Shown: in pieces, positions 11,271 to 23,487 of the stretch
How the letters are laid out: each line of letters begins with the position of its first letter
Numbering within the stretch: position 1 is the stretch's first letter
Source: Octopus bimaculoides
Taxonomy: Eukaryota
Length of the DNA: 32,132 nucleotides
Direction of reading: 5' to 3'
Assembly: GCF_001194135.2 (NCBI RefSeq)
Contig: NC_068981.1
Coordinates: 68,750,812-68,782,943 of the forward strand
The notes under the pieces: generated by a model
Told to the model about the DNA's origin: nothing
What the model saw: the letters and a program-made list of their open reading frames with translations, nothing else
Databases searched by the model: none
Translations under genes and position numbers: made by a program

Positions 11271-13384
11271 TACTCAAGAACGTATTCCTGTTACCATACT
11301 CCGTCAATGTGGCACAAACATGGCAACGAGCAAAAAATGCCAAAAATTATAGATGTGACGTGAGAGTACGCACTCATATATGAACTTCTTTCTTATAGAT
11401 AAATGAATACACGTGTACGTATGTGTATATGCGTGTGCCTGTATATGTGATAGACTGTGTTCATTTTCATATAATTTTATTTGCAAATTGAAAATTTAGA
11501 AAATGTTTTCCTTCCTTTCAACACTAAACGGAATGGGAATTATCTATTTCCATATCGTTGAATTTCAAATTGCTAATAAATAATTCTGTATATACTAATA
11601 TTACTGTATTATAAGCGTGTTTAGTTTATACACTATCAAACACTTAGAATTGGTCCTCCCCTGAAAATTAAAAAAAGAATTACAGTTGTCCGATATTTTG
11701 TCATATTATATTTATAGAAAAACCACAGGAGAGTTTAAAATATACAGCAATAAATTAAAGAAATCATTTGCTCTTATGTTGTTTTTCATTGAAATTCATA
11801 GAATTTCAAATGATGTCTTTTTTATTTATTTATTTATTACGTTTAATTTGCCAGTATAGTTTGTCCTGATATTTTATTATTTACTTTCTTTTCTTTATTC
11901 CCGTACTTTGTAATAGAATTAATTTGTAGAGGAGCACCTTAAAGTGAAGTATTAGTTTTATATAACGAATATATTTTATAATGCTTCACCAAATATCTTT
12001 TAGTCAATTTACTGAGAGATTTATTCAGTCATACAAATACATCCTCGTGAAAATCAGGATGAACATTGATATGAATCAACATTAATAAGATGACAATAGA
12101 AATAACTGAAGTATGTTAATAAACAACAATAGAGGATATATTGACCAAATTTACGCTTGCGCAGTTATTGAAATAGTGCCACATAAGAACTGATATGTAA
12201 TGTGATGTTTTACTTGAAATATGTTAGGTACTTCAGTTAACTGATTTGTAACCACAGGTCAAATCTACAACTTCTATTAAATATCATATGTAAACCAGGC
12301 CCTATGTTAACGGACCCACACATTTTCAATATGTTCTCTTGAAAAACTACATCTCTTGAGAGCCTCTACGTAAATTCCAGGAAAGACTGTTTTTCTTCGT
12401 GTCCGCATTTTCAGAAATACGTCCTGGCGGAATATTAAAATAGGCCACCCGACAGATCGTAAACCATTAACATGTTATTCACGACTTTTTGATGTTTGAT
12501 TATAATAACCTTAGTTACTTATACTGTTTTTCTCTATTTGTCTTATTTCTTATGAGCGTTTCTTGTTCAAACGTCATCTTCTGTGGGCTTTGTTGTAACA
12601 TTATATTTACCCTGTTAGCGGATTTATCCTCTTAGTGCTATTCTACTTACTGCATACATAGACACAAAAGCACACACGTCTGTTTATGTAATATCCTATT
12701 AAAAACCACTTTTTGGAAGATACATGTATACTTTTTCTAAAAGAATGAGCGCATTTCAGAGCAAATTCGTTTCCGTGATCTAGAAACCTGTATTTAGATG
12801 TAAAGCTATGGCACATTCCTTCAAAGTATAAATTACAATTTAAGTTCCCAACATTATATAGTGAAGCCCTACTATGTTATATTTGGTGTTCATATCCTTT
12901 GCAAACACGATCAACCCATTTAAACTTGTGGTTACGCAATCCAGGCTGAAAGTCCGTAGATCACGACCTTATGTAATAACTGAAAATATTATAGGCTGTC
13001 ACTGTACATTTAGAAATTATATTCCTTTCTCTGGAAGCTGTTTAAAGTCCAATGAAGCCGAGATTTACTTATTGAGAGTAGTTGCTTGTAATTGTTTATT
13101 TTAAGCAATTTTATATGCTGCTATTCATTTGATCTGGTTAGCCAGAACGTGAATCATATCAGAGAGCTAAAGAGTTATTGGCTCGGATTCCAACTCCCAA
13201 TTCCTTTGGGATATTCTGTGACGACACCTTGTGTGCTGCCTTGATCAATAGCAGCCTATCGTCCGGCAGCCATCTTCGAATCCTGTATCTCGCCATTCGG
13301 TCATCTAAAGTCTGAAGGAGACGGGGTTCTGTTAGAGGTCTTCGAATCTTCAAGACGCACGGAACCAAACATTGCTGGCTTCTG

Positions 13385-13434
13385 TATGTATATATACACA
13401 CACGCGCGCACCCGCACGCACACACACACACACA

Positions 13435-13465
<31 letters not shown>

Positions 13466-13669
13466 GCACGCACACACATGTTATAGTATATACATATATG
13501 TGTGCACATGCTTCGGCTGTAAAAACGTGCTTAGTATATTTTACGTACATTATGTTGGGCTGAAGTACATTAAACGTTATATATATCATGAAATTCAGTC
13601 TCTTAGCCGCCATCTCCAGTTTTTGTTTTTCCTATTCTGTCATCATTGATTGTATATACATATATGTGC

Positions 13670-13723
<54 letters not shown>
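13385..13723. repeat. Two AC/TG microsatellite tracts (13385-13505 and 13670-13723)
   Basis: Directly visible. Confidence 0.9.
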
Positions 13724-13725
<2 letters not shown>

Positions 13726-14149
13726 AATTATAATATTCTATATATCTTCCTGCAAACATGATATAAAATCGACATGAGACTCACTTTGACATTGGAAAAT
13801 TAGATAAGAATCGTTAGAATTATGTCGTTGATAATATTTTTCAGCAAAATCCATCTTGGTAGATTTCCCAAACTGCTGTGTTTCTCTATAATATAGTTTA
13901 TATAATCATTGTGTAATATTTCTAGGACATGTAATGTTTTAGAGAAGAGAAAACAAAATTTAATATAAGGTCGATTCTAAATTATACAGGTTCTGTAAGT
14001 TTTGAAACTAACTTCCATTATGAAGATTTGCCTTCCTCTACTTATGTTTGGAAGAATAATTAGATATTTTTTATAACATATTATCATTGTATCCATTATA
14101 TGAAATGTCGACCAGAATGAAGCTTTCCACCACGCCATTGGATGTGCAT

Positions 14150-14340
14150 GTATTCGTGTGTGTGCGTGCGTGTGTGTGCGTTCGTGTGCGTGTGTGTTTA
14201 AGTGCGTGTGTGATTTTGATTTTTGTGTATGAAACGGACTGTCACACCTGCATACATCCATTCATCCATCCATCTATCCATGCATACATGCATACATACA
14301 TACATACATGCATACATACATACATATGCAGATAGATAGA
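14150..14340. repeat. Compound (TG)n/(CATC)n/(CATA)n microsatellite
   Basis: Directly visible. Confidence 0.9.
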
Positions 14341-17287
14341 TTTCAATGAAAATATGAAGGATAGAGGATTTATGTAGCAGTCTGGTAAGTCATATGAATA
14401 CGTAAATAGACTGAGAGTAATATGCTGCCTTGTTTACCATTCTGTCTGTGCATTCACATATACCTTTATATGTTGCCAGAAACATATCTACGAAGTCATA
14501 TGACATATCTTTTTTTGTCATTTTGTGTTACCTATACGTCTATTAGAAGGCACAAGAAATAACCATAAGGACAAAAAATATAAATAAAAAAACCTTTGCA
14601 TTAAATATTCAAGGGTTACTGAAAAGAAAAGAGATATATAAATCATGAAAGTGATAAAATGATAAAAGAACGAATTAGCGATAAATATATTTGCGTGTAT
14701 TAGTATATCTATGATTCTAAATGTGTAGCCGTATATGAAAGCGTAAGGATCTTCCCACCGAAACAACTCCATGTGATGTTTGCCTTCTGTAAACTATTAT
14801 TCTGCTCGGTCTCATTAAATAATGTCAGTTTCAATATGAAAAACAATTAACACAATTTCATTAGAGTTAGAATATAATTACTTTTGGCGCATTAAAGGTT
14901 AGAAATACAAAAAAAAATTGTATTTAGCTCAAAAAATTATATATGCATTGTTGTTTGCTTCTGTAAGAGGTATTAATGACATATTTTGTTATTATTTCGA
15001 CAGGAAATGTAAATACTATTGTACGCGTTGAAACAATATATCTACGACAATTTGTAAATTTCTATGGTACAAAACTACACTGATATTATGACATTGATTG
15101 ATGTAATTTTCGCACGCTGAAAGTACTTCTTTGTGATGTCTTCATGAACCCTATAAATATAACTTGTTTTTAGTTACTGCATAACATTGTTTTATGGTGG
15201 TTCCTTCATGCTCTTTATGCATAAAATGATATCTTAACTACAGCGATTTTCACTATTAAAAACTCTACGATACATTATTCTCCAGAATTTCTGAAAGTGT
15301 ATCTGATCAGATGAACGGTGAAATATCAACGACAGTTATTTAAGCAGAACGTTCAATGAACATTAATGCCCCTAGACGTAACGGCACCTTCTTTCATCTT
15401 TTTCTGATAATGTTTCTATATCATTAATGCAACTTAAACCACTACCACAAGTAAGACACAGGAAACTATACCAGCAATATGTACTAACGCAATTCAAGAT
15501 AACCTCTACGCAAACGTTCCAACTATAAATCAACGATGTATGAGTCAATAAAGCAATCAATGTGTTACAGGAATAATAGTTAAGAGTTACCTGGTGCCAT
15601 TTACATATTGGAGTCGTATTGTGTGATAATAACTGACATTGGTTTATATATAACTCTAATATAAAATCTTATCTGTAAGTCAGTCGCGTCTAATATATCT
15701 CAACTCATACATGTATTCAAATACCTTTTGTAAAGCCTTAGAATTTTTTATTGCAAATCTATGGTATGCTATTTAAGAAATATTCATGCCATATGTAGCA
15801 TATAGATATTATCCGAACAAGAGGCTTTCGTAAATTTGAAGAAAAACTTGTTGTCCAGGGAATGAGTTCATTTTGGATTCTGACAGGGAAAGCCTAAATT
15901 CTAGCTCTCTCCGGGAGCCAGATGAATGTTTTAGTGTTTAGAAGCTTTTCAGTTATTCAACAATAAATTTGCTTTGTGCATGATATACTTTTCTAGTAAA
16001 GCGTAGACTGAAATGGTTTAAATTCAGAGTCATTTTAAACTGACACTCCATAACTTAAAACTGTTAAATACCTGACATCAATGTGTAGCATATATTTTTG
16101 GGTAACAAAAAATGTCTCCAAACTTACAGACGCTGAAATTACACATATCACTATCGTCTGCTACTTTTACTGTGCCTATGCATCCACTCTTCTCTATCCC
16201 AATCAATATATCTGTCTGTCTATCTGTATCTATATCTATATGTGTGTATCTATGTGTATATGTGTGATCTATATTATATTATTACACACTATATGGTATA
16301 TCATATATCATACATGTATATACATGTATATATNNNNNNNNNNNNNNNNNNNNNNNNNNNNNNNNNNNNNNNNNNNNNNNNNNNNNNNNNNNNNNNNNNN
16401 NNNNNNNNNNNNNNNNNNNNNNNNNNNNNNNNNNNNNNNNNNNNNNNNNNNNNNNNNNNNNNNNNNNNNNNNNNNNNNNNNNNNNNTATATATATATTTA
16501 CATACACGCATTAAATTACTCAGACAATAAATCGATAGCTGAAATACATTAGGTTTCGAATTCATCACTCTAAATGTGTAACAACAGTTCATCATCGTAA
16601 CAATATACATTTATTTACTTATCGATTACATTTGTCTTATAGTTACATAGGAATAGATCGTTGTCAATAATACATTACATTTGCTTCCTATGTTAATTAT
16701 AAACATTCATTTATCCTCACCATCTTTTTTATGCTCGTCATTCCGCCATGAATTAAATAAATGTAATATTTAAATTGTTTCATGTCTACAATTTTATGTC
16801 CTTAAGAGCAATTTTGTAGTAGGTTATAAAGTTCATTCTACAGACACATATTTCACAAAATATTCCACAATAACGATAAAATTTCTAAAAGAAAATAGAT
16901 CTTTTTATTACGAACAACTATTAAGATACCGATTAAATGCGAAAGAAAAAGAAAATACAAATATATAAACAAATAAACGTGTTAGTCTTGTCGATAATAC
17001 GCTGAAGAAAAACAGCTGATAGCTATCTCGGTGTTTCTGTGAAGTAACATTTTTATCAATATACTTCTGGATAAATCTATGTTGCTTCATATTTGTTTTT
17101 CTATGTAGGAAAATGTTACACTTGAGTTTTTTTTTAATGTTCTGAGGACACTATCAACAGTAAAATCTAAATGTATCATAATATATGCCACGTAATATTG
17201 TGTATGGTATAATAAAATTGACGGTGAAAAGTTGAATCAATAGTTTTTAAAAGAAATGAAAAGTAAGCGTTGAATCTATTTTCTGGT

Positions 17288-18785
17288 CAGTCATCACAGA
17301 CGTCTATTACTTTCTAATAGTCGCGGTTTTTGGCCTGAAAGAGCAATTTTGGATTGTAACTTCCACTAAACGTATATAATATGAGGCAAAGACAACGACA
17401 TTAGACGGACAATTTTGTAATGCGTAATATAAACCCACGAAGAAGAAAATATTACTGCTAACAAAATGGCTTGCGGTCACGAAGTAAGTACTATAATAGA
17501 TGTTAATATCCAGTCAAAAACTCATACATATCAAATAACATTTTTATCACTAAAAAAAAATTGAATAAGCAATATATATATAAGCGTGTTAATATGTTTT
17601 ACGTGGTATAGAATTTACAATGTAATTATTCTTTTGCATTCCAGGTGCCATTATATTAAACATTTGCAAAGAGTAACGATGCCACGCCCAAAAGTTCAGC
17701 AGAACTGTCAGATTTTGAAAGAGGTCGTACTGTCGGACAAACTGAGGCTGGCGTTAGCCAGAGAAAAAGTGCCGAAAATCTTAAAATTTATCTTGCTACT
17801 GTTAATAGAATTATAGTGCAATTCAAAAACCAAGGAAAAGAATCAATAGATTCTCGTCCCGGCCGCCCCGGGCCCTCGAAAACGAAGCTACACCGTTTGA
17901 AGAGAATTGCGGAAAACGAACCCCGTTCGAAGGCGTCTGGCGTTGCAAAACAGCTAGAAGTTAGTCCAAGAAACTGTGTCACATATCTGCATAATCTTAG
18001 GTATTATGGACGAGCAGGTAGAAGAAAACCTCTCCTTCAACCAATTAATATCATGAAAAGAAAGAAATAGGTTAAGGGGATGTTACAAAAATCCAATTCA
18101 TTTTGGGATAGAGTAATTTTCTCAAATGAATCCAGGTTTGCATTATTTTCAGACAGTGAACGTGCTTCGGTCTGGAGGTTTCCCAATCAAGAGTTTGATT
18201 TGAAACGACTCCAACCAACTGTGAAACATGGTGGTATCTCTGTAATGGTGTGTTGAGCTGTCACCAGCGATGGTCGTTCTGAGCTGATCGAATATGTTAG
18301 AACCATAAACTCTGAAAAATACATCGATATACTTAAGCAAGGACTACATCCGATGTATTCACATGATAACATAAAGAAAAATGAGTTTTTATTCATGGAA
18401 GATGGGGCTCCATGCCACACAGCGAAAAGGAATCAACAATGGCTGACTGAAAATGGGATCAAAATGCTTCCTTGGCCGAGACAATCTCCTGACATGAACC
18501 CAATTGAATGTCTTTGAAGCGTACTAGATAGAGCTATACGAAAACGTCAATAGAAACGTAAATCTGAAGATGAATTTCGATTGTTGCGTAAAATGTCGGC
18601 AGAAATTTCACAAGAGACAATCACAAGGCCCATCAGTTCAATGCCAATTAAAAACTGAAAAGGGAATATCATCTAAATACTAAAATGTTTAGTCCAACCT
18701 ATTGATTACATTTCAATTGTTCGCTTTAAATTTTAAATAAAGGATTTTAAAAATTAAAGGTGCCTATTTACTTCCTGCATGACTG
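17288..18785 (+). mobile_element. Decayed Tc1-family DNA transposon (element A)
   Basis: Contains the transposase pseudogene 17679-18683. The right end reads ...CTTCCTGCATGACTG at 18785. A possible degenerate left TIR CAGTCATCACAG lies at 17288, so the left boundary is uncertain. Confidence 0.7.
17679..18683 (+). pseudogene. Tc1-like DD34E transposase pseudogene A
   Basis: MPRP (frameshift) ...[12 protein letters not shown]...RPGRP...RRKPLL...[13 protein letters not shown] (first catalytic D appears as N, 18125)...[13 protein letters not shown]...FMEDGAPCHTA (D 18401)...WPRQSPDMNPIE (E 18506). There are 34 residues between D and E. Several premature stops fall at positions expected to be Trp. 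Confidence 0.95.
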
Positions 18786-20100
18786 AGTCACAAAAGAAAC
18801 GTCACACACATGCTAAATATAAACTGGTTTATTAACAAACTGTCATAGCATTGATTGAAGAGTGCTAATTAAGAAAACGTTATTTCCTAATCTTAAAACG
18901 TCATTTCCTGAAACATATTTGTCGTCCTATGGTGTCACGTGATGAAGGAGTGTCTTGGATCTAAAGAGATAAATTCAAAATACCGTGTGACAACCGCGCC
19001 AGTCATCTTCTGTACATTGAATACACCAAACAATCGATGAATGTCATGAGAATAACTGCCCACATTTTGTTAAAACGTGCAGTGAATTGTGCAACAACTG
19101 TCGGCCTTGGACGGACATCATTTAGCCTCTTTGGGGTTCCAGTTTTGACTTAGGGTATGCCGAGTCAGTGTCTGGATGTTGGAGTATTGGAGGATGTTTG
19201 TAGTGAACCTGGCACTATGAGCACGGGTGTTGTCGTGTTGGAATACGTGATTCTGATGACGGACAAAGTATGGCACAATATGTGGCCTCGGTACTTGGCT
19301 GATGTAGCGGGCAGCGCTTATTCCAAATTTCCCGGCGATTACCAATGATTTGGAAGACCCCAGATCCAAGTTTCTCACTGAGTGCGATCCAGCCCCATAC
19401 CACGATGGTCTGCCTTCCCCATGTGTTTCTCTACACCACACAACCATTGGCATGATGTTCACCCCTTCTCCTCCAGACCCTCCAAACCCTAGCTCTGCCA
19501 TCTGCCACAGAAATGCAATATCAACTTCATCAGAGAAGACTACAGTCCTCCACTGCTGATATCACCAATTCTGAAAGTTTTAAGCCCTCCAAAGATGTGT
19601 CGGGAGAAGATGTTCTGTGAGGATTGGGCTCCTAGTCGAACGTCGACAAGACAGACTGAAAGATCTCAGGGTCTATGGTAAGTCCCTATGGTCTGCCTCG
19701 TTGATTCCGTTGCCTTCCGGAATCGGTCCTGCAAGTGCTGTCGGTGCAGGTGGGGATCTGGATGTGACGTGGCAACCCTCGACCGGCCACTGCGTGGAAG
19801 AATATCCTTGCTGTTTGTGGAATTGTATCGTTCCCTCATCCGCTCAGTTGCTCGAATACTGTAGTTCAGGCCATTAGCAATGACCCGTGGACGTTGACCA
19901 GCATGGAGACTTTTGATTATTTGCTCCATTTGATTTCGTGTGAATCTTGGTATGCTTGCTGCGTTCAGGAAACGCTATGGCAGGCTGGTAAATACGGGAG
20001 CCTTTATGCAAAATGAATCCACATTTTGCACGCGCATCATGTTTTTCACAAAGATACGTTTGTTTATATACACCTTTAAAAACGTTACTCTTTATGTATG
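18782..20100 (-). mobile_element. Decayed Tc1-family DNA transposon (element B, different family)
   Basis: Contains the transposase pseudogene 18980-19953. ACTGAGTCACAAAAGAAACGTCACAC at 18782 has Tc1 TIR-like form. AATAAA lies on the minus strand near 18830. The far boundary (about 20100, into a microsatellite) is uncertain. Confidence 0.7.
18980..19953 (-). pseudogene. Tc1-like DD34E transposase pseudogene B
   Basis: (M>I)PRFTRNQMEQII..LHAG...PRSGRSRVA...QWRTVVFSDE (D 19531)...VWGWIA...ISAARYISQV...FQHDNTRAHSAR (D 19234)...NWNPKE (E 19129). D-to-E spacing is 34. The C-terminus reads SMYRR*...TRY. Multiple frameshifts and stops. Confidence 0.93.
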
Positions 20101-20114
20101 TATGCGTGTGTGCT

Positions 20115-20153
<39 letters not shown>

Positions 20154-20192
20154 CGTGTGTGTGTGTGTGTGTGTGTGTGTATNNNNNNNNNN

Positions 20193-20224
<32 letters not shown>

Positions 20225-20225
20225 C

Positions 20226-20258
<33 letters not shown>

Positions 20259-20272
20259 TGTGTGTGTGTGTG
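20098..20272. repeat. (TG)n microsatellite with a 10-N gap
   Basis: Directly visible; N at 20183-20192. Confidence 0.95.
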
Positions 20273-21759
20273 AAACATCACTAAAACTCAGTTGTTCCAA
20301 GGTTCCAGAAGATCCATTTAAGTTTTCTTTACGGAAATACAAATATCGCTGACTCTCATGTTTCATTTTGATAAACACTAAATTTCGCATTTTCATATCT
20401 ATCATCTGGTGACTGAACATTGAAATAACCCGGCTACATCTCGTGTTTCATTGATTAAATGTGGAGGGATCCGCCTGACCTCAGGCTGCTTAATTTCTGA
20501 TATGAATGTTTCACAAAATTCTAAGGAATTTACTCATGCGCTTTAGTGAATGGCATCCAAATGCTAGTGATTTTTTTAGTTTCTATGCATGCTTCATTTC
20601 AATATAACACTGCCGAAATTAGGATGGTACCTTAAAAAATATATTTATGCTGATATAAAGCCTGCCCATCTTTCTTTATGTTTCTATATTCCGTGTAACA
20701 AGTAGAGTATAGATATTAGCTGTGTAAACAAACGCGATCAATGATATATTAATCTTCCTGATTTTCATAACGATACAACCGTCGGGAAATTAGTTAGCTA
20801 CTGAAAGTCGCAGGGCTGGAATAATTGTTATCCTCTTAGTAAATACATACTGTTATTTATATTTAGTAAGGAAAGTAGCAGCCCTATGATAGACGACGAA
20901 TTCACTTTTATATCTCAGCAGAAAACAATCTAGCAAGTTTCGTGTTTCATTAAATCTCGTGAAATATTTCTTCATTTTTTCTACTCGTATTTACGAGAAA
21001 TATACGTTTATGCCTTGTCTTTGCATAACCGCACATAGTCTGCATGCTATATGCATATAAATAGGGAACTGACAATAACACTCATCGACGATCCTGTTCG
21101 GAGACAGGATGCTAATAAGCCACTAAAATGGTGAAACATAGAATAAGTGGTGAGTTATCATTCCCGTCCGGAGTACCAACACCCGGCGCTTGCAGCGACT
21201 TTCCCTAATGCACCATCGCAGCCTACCAGCAAGTAGAGATTGAGTAAATATGGTTGTTAATATGTAAGTGTATATATATATAGGTATATATATATATATA
21301 TNNNNNNNNNNNNNNNNNNNNNNNNNNNNNNNNNNNNNNNNNNNNNNNNNNNNNNNNNNNNNNNNNNNNNNNNNNNNNNNNNNNNNNNNNNNNNNNNNNN
21401 NNNNNNNNNNNNNNNNNNNNNNNNNNNNNNNNNNNNNNNNNNNNNNNNNNNNNNNNNNNNNNNNNNNNNNNNNNNNNNNNNNNNNNNNNNNNNNNNNNNN
21501 NNNNNNNNNNNNNNNNNNNNNNNNNNNNNNNNNNNNNNNNNNNNNNNNNNNNNNTATATATATATATATATATGTATATAAAGATGTATATATACTTATA
21601 TAGATTATATATAATGTCCTTCCTTTCGGTTTTCACTTCATACACCCCATCTCAATTTGATTCGTTCTTAGTTCAAAGACACGTACTGTTATATTCTTGT
21701 TTGTATTTGTGTGTACCATATCTCCGTTTTTTGTCTTTCTTGCCGTGCACATTCGCTAG

Positions 21760-21846
21760 CTTCCTCACCAAAAAATCTAATTGTCTTAGCTTAGACTTTT
21801 TGAGGGGCAAGCAGTTCGAATTCTTCAAGTGTAGATGCCCGAAACA
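21760..21846 (+). CDS. Candidate symmetric 87-bp exon (FLTKKSNCLSLDFLRGKQFEFFKCRCPK), unknown gene
   Basis: Long pyrimidine tract ending CGCTAG, donor ACA|GTAAGG, length a multiple of 3, only the phase-2 frame open. A competing minus-strand exon with donor TTG|GTGAGG at 21769 is also possible. Confidence 0.3.
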
Positions 21847-21974
21847 GTAAGGACTTCCGGAAACTTGACCGAAGACAGAAGGCCCCGAATAAACCGTCAT
21901 TTTTTGCCTGTCCTTCTGATTGGTGTTTCTCCTGTCCGCTTTTGTATCGCCTATCTGTCCGAATGTTTTGTTGT

Positions 21975-22155
<181 letters not shown>

Positions 22156-23125
22156 CGTGTGCGAATGTTTATTAGACTGTATCTATGTGAAATCAATCAA
22201 CTTACACTTCCTACTCAAATCACGAAATTTGATTTGCATGAGACCAGTTAAAAATTAATATATTAAAGAAAGAACGGCAAATCTCAGCAGATATATTCCA
22301 AACTTGCAATATAATTTTTTTCTATAGACAATAAATGCAATTTTTAATCACATAATGTTAAATCTATACATTAAATCCAACGTCAACGCAGAGTTGATAG
22401 CAAGCCACGAAGACAAAACAGATATTTAAAATGTCATGCTCTAAGACAAAGATTGTATTTAATACTGGCTAAAATATTAAGATCAAATCGTGATATTTAG
22501 AGTCATCATATCTAGTACTGAATGCAGGCATGACAGTGTCATTAATAGATTTGAGTGTAATATATAGACTTTTTACTTTACTGAAACACCTAAATATTGT
22601 ATAGGAGGAAGTAAATTGCATCAAGAATGAACAGAACCGAACGAAAGTTCGTTTGTCGATGAAAAACATTTCGTTTATTATTCTGAATAAATGTATTTGC
22701 CAAATACACTACGATAACAAATTTTACTTGCACCAACACCATGTCATTCTTATAACAATAGTAGCCACTTCCAAAATGATAATGGAATTTCTATTGCGGC
22801 TCAACATATTAACAACATATGAAAGATTGTTAATTCGACTGTTAGTTCTTTGTTTTTGTTTACTTTGTTACGGTTTACTCAACATGCCGATAGCTTCCCT
22901 GCTTGTCCCTCTTGATATACATGCATACACACATATGTATGAGCGCGTGTATATATATATATATATATATATATGGGAGAATATACAAATAATAACAACA
23001 GACGAGGACAGGTGGTGTAAATAACAAAAGGATATATTAGTATGACGCTCATATATATGTATGTGTGTGTGTGTATGTGTGTGTGTGTGTGTGTGTCTGT
23101 AATATAATATGTGACAGTTATTCGG

Positions 23126-23265
23126 TTGTCATAATAAACCTCCGAGTTTCGGATGTCGGTGCGAAAATCTGCTCTGGCATCTCATGAGTTATTTGTTTGT
23201 CTTAATAACTGATGACATGCGTGGACCAGATTTCCGCTCCGACACGGAGAGTTTTATTATGGCAA
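23126..23265. mobile_element. 140-bp foldback element / MITE
   Basis: Left arm TTGTCATAATAAACCTC..TGTCGGTGCGAAAATCTGCTC..GCATCTCATGAGTTATT pairs with the reverse complement of the right arm TTGCCATAATAAAACTC..TGTCGGAGCGGAAATCTGGTC..GCATGTCATCAGTTATT. The loop is about 10 nt. Confidence 0.75.
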
Positions 23266-23377
23266 GTTAATAATATTATATGACAGATACATTCCTCTAT
23301 TTACATGATATCGAGGTGTCATTCATTCTTTTGTTGCCATACTATTACAATTAATATAAATATATATATATATGAAA

Positions 23378-23487
23378 TGTAGTTGTGTTGTTGTCACCGT
23401 CGCGTTGATCATGACAGAAAGTTTAGCGAAGAATCTACATAAAATTATGTGAAAAGCTTGGCGATACCTGCTCAAAGACCTACGCAA
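23378..23487 (+). mobile_element. Mariner 5' fragment (transposase start)
   Basis: GTCGCGTTGATCATGACAGAAAG followed by ...RIYIKLCEKLGDTCSKTYA, a mariner N-terminal HTH start. Homologous to the minus-strand copy at about 23860-23920. Confidence 0.75.

Noticed and set aside
12874-13104. ORF with IIGCHC and VVACNC, cystine-knot-like endings
   Set aside because: No other knot cysteines in the right spacing and no convincing splice sites.
14518-14772. Hydrophobic minus ORF resembling a GPCR transmembrane segment
   Set aside because: F/I/L/Y-rich translations are expected from AT-rich DNA, and there is no NPxxY or DRY motif.
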